A stretch of 64,000 bases of DNA from Squalus acanthias (lineage: Eukaryota): the NCBI GenBank assembly GCA_030390025.1, contig JASTWF010000365.1, positions 248,001 to 312,000 of the forward strand, given 5' to 3'. Of the stretch, positions 27,401-39,351 are shown piece by piece (positions within the stretch are counted from its first letter, which is position 1; each line of letters starts with the position of its first letter). The notes below the pieces were generated by a model. That model was not told the DNA's origin. It ran no database searches and saw only the letters and a list, made by a program, of their open reading frames with translations. Both the position numbers and the translations under genes were made by a program.

Positions 27401-30400
27401 GAGGATGAGTAAAGACTTGAACCTACGCCATCGGAGTTGACCCGAATTGTGGACACAATGGTCTTGTTGTCCTCGACATTTAACTGGGGCGATCGACTTT
27501 CTACAACCGGCCTCAGTCAAGGAGAAACATCCAGCGCATTCCAGGCCATTGAGTGTGGCGTCTTCTTTCTCTGTAATGTGAACGGAAACCAGCCATGAAC
27601 GAGTCCCGTGCAGACAGTCTTATGCGGTGTTTCCAGTCACAGTCCCGCCAGAGGGAGTGAATCCTCTGCGTGAGCTGCAGGCGAGTGCCCTGTCACTGCG
27701 AGCAGGAAGACGGTGCAGCCCCCGCGCCCCCCCATCCAGCACCATGGTGGAGCACAGACCGCCACACAGCAACCATCTGGGTTCAAGATCCGTGGAGCTC
27801 TGGCAGCCAGCGAAGGTGAGGGAGCACCAGGCAGTCTGGCGCACATCTGTGGAGTCCACACAAGTCCCAGACAAATGTCCGCGAAAGTGGGAAGGGGGAG
27901 CCGTGGATAAACAAATGCCTCGTGGTGCGCCGCAAGGCTTCCGACCCCGACGTGGGCCGATCAGCGGACCCGATAGCAAAAGCCCAGGAGCCGCCGCCAA
28001 ATTGACCCGACACAGCACATTGCCCGGGAAGGCCGCGCCAAGCCTTCGGACGCGACCTTCGGCCTCCTGACGAGGCTAGCGCTGGAGAGAAAGCGTCGTG
28101 CGACAGGTTCTCCACTCCGCTCGTGTGAGATAGCAGGCTGCGGCAAAAAACACCTGCGCTCCTTCTGCGGGCGGCTGGTAACCGTGGCCAGCGGTGGCGC
28201 CGGCAGGATTTGCGGCCTACTCGAGTTCCTAGGCCAAGGTTGGTGTTTTGACCTGGAGCCCAGGAGATGGGTGGTCCTCTTCAGCAGCTAAACAAAGGAG
28301 GGAGGGAAAGGGGGGAATGGGAACAAATGACAGATTGGAGCGCAGTCAGCATCTTTGTGACGGAATCCACAAAAATAAAGTAAAAAGGGAGTAGATATAA
28401 CTAGAGTCAGCCGTGGCTCAGTTGGCCACACTCTCGGCTCTGGGTCAGATGGTCGTGGGTTCGAGTCCCCACTCCAGAGAAGTGAGCCCATAATTCAGGC
28501 CGACACTCTCCCAGTGCCAGTACTGAGGGAGCGCTGCACTGTCGGAGGGGCAAAACTGAGGGAGCGCCGCACTGTCGGAGGGGCAGTACTGAGGGAGCGC
28601 TGCACTGTCGGAGGGGCAGTACTGAGGGAGTGCCGCACTGTCGGAGGGGCAGTACCGAGGGAGCGCCGCACTGTCGGAGGGGCAGTACTGAGGGAGCGCT
28701 GCACTGTCGGAGGGGCAGTACTGAGGGAGAGCCGCACTGTCGGAGGGGCAGTACTGAGGGAGTGCCGCACTGTCGGAGGGGCAGTACCGAGGGAGCGCCG
28801 CACTGTCGGAGGGGCAGTACTGAGGGAGCGCTGCACTGTCGGAGGGGCAGTACTGAGGGAGAGCCGCACTGTCGGAGGGGCAGTACTGAGGGAACGCCGC
28901 ACTGTCGGAGGGGCAGTACTGAGGGAGCGCCGCACTTTCAGAGGGGCAGTACTGAGGGGGTGCCGCACTGTCGGAGGGGCAGTACTGAGGGAGCGCCGCA
29001 CTGTCGGAGGGGCAGTACTGAGGGAGCGCCGCACTGTCGGAGGGGCAGTACTGAGGGAGCACTGCAATGTCGGAGGGGCAGTACTGAGGGAGTGCCGCAC
29101 TGTCGGAGGGGCAGTACTGAGGGAGCGCCGCACTGTCGGAGGGGCAGTACTGAGGGAGTGCCGCACTGTTGGAGGGGCAGTACTGAGGGAGCGCCGCACT
29201 GTCGGAGGGGCAGTACTGAGGGAGCACTGCACTGTCGGAGGGGCAGTGCTGAGGGAGCGCCGCACTGTCTGAGGGGCAGTACTGAGGGGGTGCTGCACTG
29301 TCGGATGGGCAGTACTGCGGGAGCGCCGCACTGTCGGAGGGGCAGTACTGAGGGAGCGCCGCACTGTCGGAGGGGCAGTACTTAGGGAACGTTGCACTGT
29401 CAGAGGATCAGTACAGAAGGAGCTCTGCACTGTCGAAGGGGCAGTACTGAGGGAGTGCTGCACTGTCGGAGGGGCAGTACTGAGGGAGCGTCACATTGTC
29501 GGAGGGGCAGTACTGAGCGAGCGCCGCACTGTCGGAGGGGCAGTACTGAGGGAGCGCCGCACTGTCGGAGGGGCAGTACTGAGGGAGCGTCGCACTGTCG
29601 GAGGGGCAGTGCTGAGGGAGAGTTGCACTGTCGGAGGGGCAGTACTGAGGGAGCGCCGCACTGTCGGAGGGGCAGAACTGAGGGAGCGCCGCACTGTCGG
29701 AGGGGCAGTACTGAGGGAGCGCGGCACTGTCGGAGGGGCAGTACTGAGGGAGCGCCACACTGTCGGAGGGACAGTACTGAGGGAGCGCCGCACTGTCGGA
29801 GGGGCAGTACTGAGGGAGCGCCGCACTGTCGGAGGGGCAGAACTGAGGGAGCGCCGCACTGTCGGAGGGGCAGTACTGAGGGAGCGCGGCACTGTCGGAG
29901 GGGCAGTACTGAGGGAGCGCCACACTGTCGGAGGGACAGTACTGAGGGAGCGCCGCACTGTCGGAGGGGCAGTACTGAGGGAGCGCCACACTGTCGGAGG
30001 GGCAGTACTGAGAGAGCGCCGCACTGTCGGAGGGGCAGTACTGAGGGAGCGCGGCACTGTCGGAGGGGCAGTACTGAGGGAGCGCCACACTGTCGGAGGG
30101 ACAGTACTGAGGGAGCGCCGCACTGTCGGAGGGGCTGTACTGAGGGAGCGCCACACTGTCGGAGGGGCAGAACTGAGGGAGCGCCGCACTGTCGGAGGGG
30201 CAGTACCGAGGGAGCGCCGCACTGTCGGAGGGGCAGTACTGAGGGAGCGCTGCACTGTCGGAGGGGCAGTACTGAGGGAGAGCCGCACTGTCGGAGGGGC
30301 AGTACTGAGGGAGTGCCGCACTGTCGGAGGGGCAGTACCGAGGGAGCGCCGCACTGTCGGAGGGGCAGTACTGAGGGAGCGCTGCACTGTCGGAGGGGCA

Positions 30401-33400
30401 GTACTGAGGGAGAGCCGCACTGTCGGAGGGGCAGTACTGAGGGAACGCCGCACTGTCGGAGGGGCAGTACTGAGGGATCGCCGCACTTTCAGAGGGGCAG
30501 TACTGAGGGGGTGCCGCACTGTCGGAGGGGCAGTACTGAGGGAGCGCCGCACTGTCGGAGGGGCAGTACTGAGGGAGCGCCGCACTGTCGGAGGGGCAGT
30601 ACTGAGGGAGCACTGCAATGTCGGAGGGGCAGTACTGAGGGAGTGCCGCACTGTCGGAGGGGCAGTACTGAGGGAGCGCCGCACTGTCGGAGGGGCAGTA
30701 CTGAGGGAGTGCCGCACTGTTGGAGGGGCAGTACTGAGGGAGCGCCGCACTGTCGGAGGGGCAGTACTGAGGGAGCACTGCACTGTCGGAGGGGCAGTGC
30801 TGAGGGAGCGCCGCACTGTCTGAGGGGCAGTACTGAGGGGGTGCTGCACTGTCGGATGGGCAGTACTGCGGGAGCGCCGCACTGTCGGAGGGGCAGTACT
30901 GAGGGAGCGCCGCACTGTCGGAGGGGCAGTACTTAGGGAACGTTGCACTGTCAGAGGATCAGTACAGAAGGAGCTCTGCACTGTCGAAGGGGCAGTACTG
31001 AGGGAGTGCTGCACTGTCGGAGGGGCAGTACTGAGGGAGCGTCACACTGTCGGAGGGGCAGTACTGAGCGAGCGCCGCACTGTCGGAGGGGCAGTACTGA
31101 GGGAGCGCCGCACTGTCGGAGGGGCAGTACTGAGGGAGCGTCGCACTGTCGGAGGGGCAGTGCTGAGGGAGAGTTGCACTGTCGGAGGGGCAGTACTGAG
31201 GGAGCGCCGCACTGTCGGAGGGGCAGAACTGAGGGAGCGCCGCACTGTCGGAGGGGCAGTACTGAGGGAGCGCGGCACTGTCGGAGGGGCAGTACTGAGG
31301 GAGCGCCACACTGTCGGAGGGACAGTACTGAGGGAGCGCCGCACTGTCGGAGGGGCAGTACTGAGGGAGCGCCGCACTGTCGGAGGGGCAGAACTGAGGG
31401 AGCGCCGCACTGTCGGAGGGGCAGTACTGAGGGAGCGCGGCACTGTCGGAGGGGCAGTACTGAGGGAGCGCCACACTGTCGGAGGGACAGTACTGAGGGA
31501 GCGCCGCACTGTCGGAGGGGCGGTACTGAGGGAGCGCCACACTGTCGGAGGGGCAGTACTGAGAGAGCGCCGCACTGTCGGAGGGGCAGTACTGAGGGAG
31601 CGCGGCACTGTCGGAGGGGCAGTACTGAGGGAGCGCCACACTGTCGGAGGGACAGTACTGAGGGAGCGCCGCACTGTCGGAGGGGCTGTACTGAGGGAGC
31701 GCCACACTGTCGGAGGGGCAGAACTGAGGGAGCGCCGCACTGTCGGAGGGGCAGTACTGAGGGAGCGCGGCACTGTCGGAGGGGCAGTACTGAGGGAGCG
31801 CCACACTGTCGGAGGGACAGTACTGAGGGAGCGCCGCACTGTCGGAGGGGCTGTACTGAGGGAATGCCGCACTGTCGGAGGGGCAGTACTGAGGGAACGC
31901 CGCACTGTTGGAGGGGCAGTACTGAGGGAGTGCCGCACTGTCAGAGGGTCAGTACTGAGTGAGGGCCGCACTGTCGGAGGGGCAGTACTGAGGGAGCGCT
32001 GCACTGTCGGAGGGGCTGTACTGAGGGAACGCCGCACTGTTGGAGGGGCAGTACTGAGGGAGTGCCGCACTGTCAGAGGGTCAGTACTGAGGGAGGGCCG
32101 CACTGTCGGAGGGGCCGTCTTTCGGATGAGACATTGAACTGAGAGCCCCCCCCCCCTCCCCCACCATCTGTTTCTCAGGTGGCCATAAAAGAACCCATGG
32201 CCACAAATCTCTAGAAGATAGAAGAGCAGGGAGGAGATCTGCCCGGTGTCCTTGTCCAATATTTATCCCTCAACCAACACCACTTAAAAAAAACCACCCC
32301 CAGGTGGTCAATATCACTTGCTGTTTGTGGGATCTTGCTGTGCACAAGAACTGGCAGGTTTCCTACATTACAACCGTGGCCACATTGCCAAAATTTGGGG
32401 TTGTGGCTGTTGCGAATGGTTGAAAGGAAACGGAACTGAGCGCTGGGCGAATGGGGATCCCTATCCCTTCCCCCGCCCCATTCCGCCCACGCCCCCCCGT
32501 ATTGGTGCATGCTGATGCCTTACCTGGCTCAATCTCATCGTTACACAAGTCGGAGTTGCAACACTTGGTGTGCAAGAATTCAGACAGACGTCCACTATTG
32601 AAGGAGATGAGGCCAAAACAATTTCCACAGCCGTTCACAATGTACTCGGAGCGTGTGGTACCTGGCAGAAAACGTCACATCAGCTTACATCACTAAAATC
32701 ACTGGGAGCTCATCGCCCCTGCCAATGTTCGGTGGGGAACCATTTTTTTCTAATTCATTCTGGGGATGTGGGCGTCGCTGGCGAGGCTGGTAGGCCTTCT
32801 TCTTGAAGCACTGAGCAGTGGGCTTGACACAAACTTAGCTGCCCCGCTGAAATGGCTGCTAAGAGCCAACCACCTTGGAGGGCGGGGCTGGAGTCACGTA
32901 CCGGCCCAGATCGGGTCAGGAGTGTAGGTAGCCCCAATATCCCGCCGCAAACTGGAATCGACGCCTTACAGCCATCCTCGCCGCCGCTCCCCGAACTCTT
33001 CCCATCCCTGACAATGTATGTTTGAAGGTGGGAGGGTCCCAGAACCAATCATAATCTGGGGTGGGGGGAGGTGAAATTCAACTTAGGCGGTGGGGATCTC
33101 GAAACAGTCCGATAACTTGTTCTCTGTTTCTTTTCCACCCTGACTGTTACCAGCCATTTCAGGGACATAGGAACAGGAGGAGGCCCATTCAGCCCCTCGA
33201 GCCTGTTACACAGGAACAGGAGGAGGCCCATTCAGCCCCTCGAGCTTGTTACACAGGAACAGGAGGAGGCCCATTCAGCCCCTCGAGCATGTTACACAGG
33301 AACAGGAGGAGGCCCATTCAGCCCCTCGAGCCTGTTACACAGGAACAGGAGGAGGCCCATTCAGCCCCTCGAGCCTGTTACACAGGAACAGGAGGAGGCC

Positions 33401-36400
33401 CATTCAGCCCCTCGAGCCTGCTCCACCATTCAATGAGATCACGGCTGGTCTGTATCTTAACCCTGTCTACCTGCCTTGGTTCCGTAACCCTCAATACCCT
33501 TACCCAACACAAATCTATCAATCTCAGTTTTGACATTTTCAATTGACCTCGACACCCTTTTTGGGGGAGAGAGTTCCAGATTTCCACTACCCTTTGTGTG
33601 AAGAAGTGCTTCCTGACATCACCCCTGAACGGCCTGGCTCTAATTTGAAGGTTCTGCCCCCTTGTTCTGGACTCCCCCCACCAGAGGAAATAGTTTCTCT
33701 CTCTCTACCCTATCAACTCCTTCAATCACCTCAAACACCTCGATCAGATCGACCCTTAATCTTCTAAACTCCAGGGAACACAAGCCTAGTCTGTGCCAAC
33801 CTGTCCTCGTAATTTAACCCTTTCAGCCCGCATACCGTTCTGGAGAATCTGGGCTACTCCCCCTCCGAGGACAAGATATCCTTCCTGAGGTGCGGGGCCC
33901 AGAACCGAACACAGTGACTCTGGTTGGGGGTACAGTTTAACATAACTTCCACCCCTATTCCAGTCCCCTTGAGACAATCGCCAACATTCCACGAGCCTTT
34001 TTAAGTTGCTTTTTGTACCAGTCCACTAGCTTTTAGTGATTTTTGTACTCGGACCCTTAAATCTCTCCGCTCCTCCATAGTCCCTCACTTCTCACCATTT
34101 AGATAAATACTCTGATCTATCCGTTGCACCGAGTCCTGTTCACCCATCACCCCCTGTTGCTCGCTGATCTACATTGACTCCCAGTCCGGCAACGCCTCGA
34201 TTTCAAAATTCTCGTCCTCGTGTTCGAATCCCTCCATGGCTTCCGCGCCTTCCCTCCTATCTCTGTACCCTCCTCCAGCCCGACAACCCTCCGAGATCTC
34301 TGCGCTCCTCCAATTCTGGCCTCTTGCGCATCCCCCGATTTCCATCGCTCCACCATTGGCGGCCGCGCCTTCAGCTGCCTGGGCCCCGAGCTCTGGAATT
34401 CCCTCCCTAAACCTCTCTGCCTCTCTCTCCTCCTTTAAGACGCCACTTCAAACCGACCTCTTTGACCAAGCTTTTGGTCGCCTGTCCTAATATCTCCTTA
34501 TGTGGCTCGGTGTCAAATTTTGTTTTATAATACTCCTGTGAAGCACCTTGGGACGTTTTACTACATTAAAGGCGCTGTATAAATACAAGCTGACATGCAG
34601 TAAAAGAAAAATACCAAAGATTACTCAGTACTAACCGAAGACTTCATTGATAGTGTATGATCTGCATGTTGAATGCCGCGTTGTGTTGCAAACGGTGGCG
34701 TTTAGGGTACAATTACCCGAAAAACTATTACATTCGTGACAGACCAGCGAGTAACCTGTAGGAACAAATAGGACAAGTTTATTTTTACTCATTCACGGGA
34801 TGTGGGCGTCGCTGGCAAGGCCAGCATTTATTGCCCATCCCTAGTTGCCCTCGAGAAGGTGGTGGTGAGCCACCTTCTTGAACCGCTGCAGTCCGTGTGG
34901 TGAAGGTGCTCCCACAGTACTGTTAGGGAGGGAGTTCCAGGATTTTGACCCAACGACGTTGAAGGAACGGCCGCTGTAACTCCAAGTTGGAATGGGGTGC
35001 GTGATTTGGAGGTGGTGGTGTTCCCGTGCGCCTGCTGCCCTTGTCCTTCTAGGTGGTGGAGGCCGCGGGTTTGGGAGGTGCTGCCGAAGAAGCCTTGGCG
35101 AGTTGCTGCAGTGCATCTTGTAGATGGTGCAAACTGCAGCCACGGTGCGCCGGTGGTGGAGGGAGTGACTGTTTAAGGTGGTGGGTGGGGTGCCAATCAA
35201 GCGGGCTGCTTTGTCCTGGATGGTGCCAAGCTTCTTGAGTGTAGTTGGAGCTGCACTAATCCAGGCAAGTCAAGTCAAGACACAACTGCAATTAATTGCT
35301 ACCAACATGGCCTTTCAGTGGGGCAAGTTAATGGGTTGCTAATAACTTTTGGCAGAAATAGCACTCAGAGGAGTGGAATTATGGCGTGGGATAATTGTCG
35401 ACAAACATTTAACACATTCTGAATAAAAATTCCAATTCTGTGTTGAGGCGAAGAGCAGAGATGCATTCAAGGGGAAGCGAGATAAACACATGAGGGAGAA
35501 AGGAATGGAAGGATATGGTGATGGGGTGAGATGAAGAGGGGTGGGAGGAGGCTGATGTGGAGCATAAACACCGGCACGGACTGGTTGGGCCAAATGGCCA
35601 GTTACTGTGCTGTGAATACTTTGTAATAAATCACCCCCCTCAAGGATTGGTAGAGTAAAGCACCCCGTGGTGTGGCTAGCTATATAACACTAGGAGGGTC
35701 CCAACTGCATCCTCAGTTTGTACTGAGTTAGCCGGTGTGGACCATACATTTGACATCAGTGTCCCTCAGCTAAAAAGGAGGTGGAAATCAGTCTTTATTG
35801 CAAGGGGGTTGGAGTACAAGAGTGAGGAAATCTTGCTGCAATTATATAGGGCTTTGGTGAGACCACACCTGGAGTACTGTGCACAGTTTTGGTCTCCTTA
35901 CCTAAGGAAGGATATACTTGCCTTAGAGGCGGTGCAACGAAGGTTCACCAGACTGATTCCTGGGATGGGGGGGGATTGCCCTTTGAGGTGAGATTGAGTA
36001 GACTAGGCCTATATTCTCTAGAGTTTAGAAGAATGAGAGGTGATCTCATTGACACGTATAAAATTCTTACAGGGCTTGACAGGGTAGATGCTGGGAGGAT
36101 GTTTCCCCTGGCTGGAGAGTCTAGAACCAGGTGTCACAGTCTCAGGATAAGGGGTCGGCCATTTAGAACTGAGATGAGGAGGAATTTCTTCACTCAGAGG
36201 GTGGTGAATCTTTGGAATTCTCTACCCCAGAGAGCTGTGGAGGCTCAGTCGGTTGAGTATATTCAAGGCTGAGATCGCTAGATTTTTGGACTCTAGGGGA
36301 ATCAAGGGATATGGGGATAGTGCGGGAAAGTGGAGTTGAGGTAGAAGATCAGCCATGATCTCATTGAATGGCGGAGCAGACTCGAGGGCCCAAATGGCCG

Positions 36401-39264
36401 ACACCTGATCCTATTTCTTATGTTCGGCCAGAGTTCCTGCTCCTGATCACTTTCCAGTGACTCAATCCCCTCGAAGCAAGTGAAAATAGGAACAGGCGTA
36501 GGCCATTCAGCCCTTTGGGCATGACGGGTACTGGGGAAGGACATGGCAGTGAGGTTGAAACCATTAATAGGCACGGCGCCTATTATCCAGATCATACTAC
36601 ACCTGAAAGGAACTGAAGAAGTTAGCACTGAAACAAAGTATTTCTCTTTGGGTCTCAACCATCCTGCATTTAACCCATGGCATTCAACAGATTGGGTCTG
36701 GCCTCGCTGGAGCCCTCGTTCCACACCTGCACACACATGCTCCCTTCAGCATGGGTCGCTGCACAGTCATCATGGTTGGTGAGGCGTAGCCAATTGGCTC
36801 CCTCCCTACCCCAAGTGGTGGTGGCCACACCAAAGGAAGCAGCCGAGACCATTATTGTTACGTGGATAGACTGGAGAAGCTGGGATTGTTCTCCTTAGAG
36901 CAGGGAAGGCTCAGAGATTTCACAGAATCATAGAATGGTTACAGCACGGAAGGAGGCCATTCGGCCCGTCGAGCCCGTGCCGACTCTCAGCTAGTCCCAC
37001 TGCCCCGCCCTTTCCCCTACAAAATTTTTTCCTTCCGATAATTGTCCAACTCCCTTTTGAAAAATAAGATTGAGTCTGCCTCCACCACCCTTTCAGGAAG
37101 TGCATTCCAGATCTTAACCACTCGCTGCGTAAAAAAGTTTTTCCTCATGTCGCCTTTGGTTCTTCTGCCAATCACCTTAAATCTGTGTCCTCTGGTTCTC
37201 GACCCTTCCGCCAATGGGAACAGTTTCTCTCTATCTACTCTGCCCAGACCCCTCATGATTTTGAACATCTCTATCAAATCTCCTCTCAACCTTCCCTGCT
37301 CTAAGGAGAACAACCCCAGCTTCTCCAGTCTATCCACGTAACTGAAGTCCCTCATCCCTGGAACCATTCTCGTAAATCCTTTCTGCACCCTCTCTAAGGC
37401 CTTCACATCCTTCCTAAAGTGCGGTGCCCAGAATTGGACACAGTACTCCAGTTGGGGCCGAACCAGTGTTTTATACAGATTCATCATAATTTCCACACTG
37501 TTGTACTCTATACCTCTATTTATGAAGCCCAGGATCCCGTAAGCCTTTTGAACTGCTTTCTCAACCTGCCCTGCCACCTTCGACGATTTGTGCACACATA
37601 CCCCCAGGTCTCTCTGTTCGTGCACCCCCTTTAGGATTGTACCCTTTAGTTTATATTGCCTCTCCTCATTCTTTCTACCAAAATGTAACACTTTTCTGTG
37701 TTAAATTTCATCTGCCACATGTCCGCCCATTTCACCAGCCTATCTGTGTCTTCCTGAAGTCTATCACTCTCCTCCTCACTGTTCACTATACTTCCAAGTT
37801 TTGTGTCATCTTGATAGAGACGTTCGAAACCATGAAGGGTTTAGATGGAGTAACTGAAGAATCAGTAACCTGAGGCCACAGATTTAAGGTGGTTGGCAAA
37901 AGAACCAGAGGCAACAAGAGGAAAGAATCTTTTTATGCAACGAGTGGTTAGGATCTGGAATGCACTGCCTGATAGGGCGGTGGAAACAGATTCAATAGCA
38001 GCCTTCTGTGCTATATGGCTCCAGGAATAAACAGGAACAGTTACACTGGTGATTGTAGAGACTGTGTGTCACTGCAAATGAAATACGTGTACAGAAAAAC
38101 ACACATCCATAGACATAGTCACAATTATACATGCAAACATAATTAAATTCACAGGTATATATATATATACACGCACATTCCTATGCACACGCTATCTCTT
38201 GCACACATATACACACTCACATGTATGCACGTGTACACATACCCCTATGGTGAGCTCAATCAATTCCCTGCTGACCACTTCTGTTTCCTATGCCCTCTCG
38301 ACCCACATTGATTGCATTTCCCCAAAATCATTGCCCAGAGTTCTGCGCGCCAAGCTAAGCGGTCCTGGGTTCCTCAACGTAAGCTCGAGGAACAGCACCT
38401 CATCTTCCGATCAGGCACTTTACACCCTTCCAGACTCAACATCGAGTTCAACAATTTCAGATCTCTGCCCCCTTTTTTTCCCCAGATGGCAGCTGTTGAT
38501 GATTCTGCCATCCCCTATTACACCTCTTCGAGACCCATCTTTAGTTTCTTTACTTTTCCCATTACCATCGCACCATCATCCCTTTTGTCATTTAATCTCT
38601 CCTGCCCACCACCTTATCGCAGACCTTCTTCCCTTTTGTTCTTTCCTTCCCTCTCCTCTTTCCCCGCCTCTGCGCTTGCTTAAAACCTGTTACATCTCCC
38701 AACTTTTTTTCAGTTCTGAGGAAGGGTCGTCGACCCGAAACGTTGACTCTGTTTCTCTCTCCACCGACGCTGCCTGACCTGCTGAGTGTTTCCAGCATGT
38801 TTCTGCTTTGATTTCAGGAGTCCTCACTCCACGTTTGAATCCTCATTCGACACAAAGTCGACCACTGTCGCCACTGATGGAGCTGGACTTGAACCCCAGG
38901 CACCAGGTGAAATCTCAATCCCCCTGCTACCATCACTCAACACAACTCAGGAACACCCAGTTCCCAATGGGAGATACTACTCGCTCATAAAAGACAGGAA
39001 CACAAACTGCTTGCTGTAAAGTTTGACAAAATTGCCTTTCCCTCCCAAAAGCCATTCAGAAATAAAACAGGCGTTCTTTGCCTGGGAACCTTGCACTGTG
39101 CAATGTTTCTGCCATCAGAATAATCGATAACTCCTTGAGAGAATGAATAAATAAATAAATGAAGCGAGGCTGGGGAGAGATTGATAATACAATTTGCCCG
39201 CATAGACAAGCTTACCTTCAGTGACCAAGGCGATGAACAAGACTGCTCCAAGCAACACCTTCAT
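21172..39264 (-). CDS. Two-domain Ly6/uPAR (three-finger) protein, PLA2-inhibitor-gamma/PINLYP/LYPD-like, predicted GPI-anchored, 236 aa; join(39216-39264, 34636-34755, 32524-32661, 27427-27570, 21172-21431)
   Basis: All four introns are GT-AG and phase 1; the exons sum to 711 nt with no internal stop. Protein: [236 protein letters not shown]. Both domains end in CCxxxLCN. Confidence 0.92.
21585..23745 (-). mobile_element. CR1 LINE 3' fragment (family D), interrupted by the 22105-23632 insertion
   Basis: Encodes [27 protein letters not shown]; the element resumes at ~23633. Confidence 0.8.
22105..23632 (+). mobile_element. CR1 LINE (family A), 1.5-kb 5'-truncated RT region with 3' tail
   Basis: [31 protein letters not shown] and RPHLE motifs; tail (CTATGTTT)n. 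Confidence 0.95.
23944..24527 (+). mobile_element. CR1 LINE 3' fragment inserted into an L2 tail remnant
   Basis: [18 protein letters not shown]...; L2-type sequence on both sides (23830-23943 and 24528-24615). Confidence 0.9.
24628..25890 (+). mobile_element. tRNA-derived DeuSINE (SacSINE1-like) with internal 33-bp array (~24765-25570)
   Basis: A/B-box head (GTGGCTCAGT...GGTTCGAGCCC); Deu-type core GGTGCCGTCTTTCGGATGAGAC..AAAGATCCC; L2-like tail. Confidence 0.85.
25984..26605 (-). mobile_element. CR1 LINE 3' fragment (family A)
   Basis: Encodes [33 protein letters not shown], followed by the tail. Confidence 0.92.
26680..27345. mobile_element. Two CR1 family C tail fragments in opposite orientation (26680-27070 minus, 27125-27345 plus)
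   Basis: Shared GGTGTTTATGCTCCACACCAGCCTCCTCCC tail; RNFFTQRVV coding remnant. Confidence 0.8.
27427..27570 (-). CDS. Ly6/uPAR gene exon 4 (first half of LU domain 2)
   Basis: ttacag|AGAAAGAAGAC...CGATGGC|gtaggt; 144 nt; NGLECAGC...C...C...C. Confidence 0.9.
28405..32390 (+). mobile_element. DeuSINE expanded to ~4 kb by an internal 33-bp array (~28515-32115, ~109 units)
   Basis: tRNA-like head GTCAGCCGTGGCTCAGTTGG...GGTTCGAGTCCC; the array is followed by the Deu core CCGTCTTTCGGATGAGAC at ~32116. Confidence 0.9.
32524..32661 (-). CDS. Ly6/uPAR gene exon 3 (second half of LU domain 1)
   Basis: ttctgccag|GTACC...CCAG|gtaagg; 138 nt; NGCGNC...KCCNSDLCN. Confidence 0.93.
33167..34125 (-). mobile_element. 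CR1 LINE (family D) 3' fragment whose tail is amplified as a 43-bp tandem array (33169-33420, 6 units)
   Basis: Unit GGAACAGGAGGAGGCCCATTCAGCCCCTCGAGCCTGTTACACA; continues into CR1 coding remnant IWNSLP. Confidence 0.85.
34128..34590 (+). mobile_element. L2-type LINE 3' fragment
   Basis: [33 protein letters not shown]; tail AAAGGCGCTGTATAAATACAAG. Confidence 0.85.
34636..34755 (-). CDS. Ly6/uPAR gene exon 2 (first half of LU domain 1)
   Basis: cctacag|GTTACTCG...TTCG|gttagt; 120 nt; LVCHEC..C..C..C. Confidence 0.92.
34780..35270 (-). mobile_element. CR1-group family B 3' fragment
   Basis: Encodes [26 protein letters not shown], followed by the family B tail. Confidence 0.88.
35793..36425 (+). 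mobile_element. CR1 LINE 3' fragment (family A)
   Basis: Encodes [32 protein letters not shown], followed by the tail. Confidence 0.92.
36922..37810 (-). mobile_element. CR1 LINE 3' fragment
   Basis: Encodes [37 protein letters not shown]. Confidence 0.92.
38360..38817 (+). mobile_element. Penelope-like element terminal fragment with hammerhead motif (38716-38741)
   Basis: Encodes [29 protein letters not shown]; motif CTGAGGA-AGGGTCG-TCGACCC-GAAAC. Confidence 0.75.
39216..39264 (-). CDS. Ly6/uPAR gene exon 1 (signal peptide)
   Basis: AAAAATGAAG start; encodes [16 protein letters not shown]; donor G|gtaagc. Confidence 0.9.
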
Positions 39265-39345
39265 TTTTCTGTCTGTCTGTCTGTCTCCTTCCAACTCTAG
39301 ACTTCGATAGTTGGATCTGCTCGATATTAAAGCAATCTTATTGAA

Positions 39346-39351
39346 TTTATA
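39346..39351 (-). promoter_or_regulatory. Candidate TATA box of the Ly6/uPAR gene
   Basis: Minus strand CTATAAAT ~82 nt upstream of the ATG; GC boxes at ~39419 and ~39631-39660. Confidence 0.5.

Noticed and set aside
27620..28220. GC-rich stretch with overlapping ORFs in intron 3
   Set aside because: No recognisable protein; probably a degraded non-autonomous element, but I could not define its termini.
28405..28475. tRNA-like sequence with A and B boxes
   Set aside because: It is the SINE head and continues directly into the SINE body; not a tRNA gene.
28445..32259. ORFs in several frames with 11-aa repeats, and a superficial CRISPR-like look
   Set aside because: Head-to-tail 33-bp tandem units with no unique spacers and no cas genes, inside a SINE in eukaryotic DNA.
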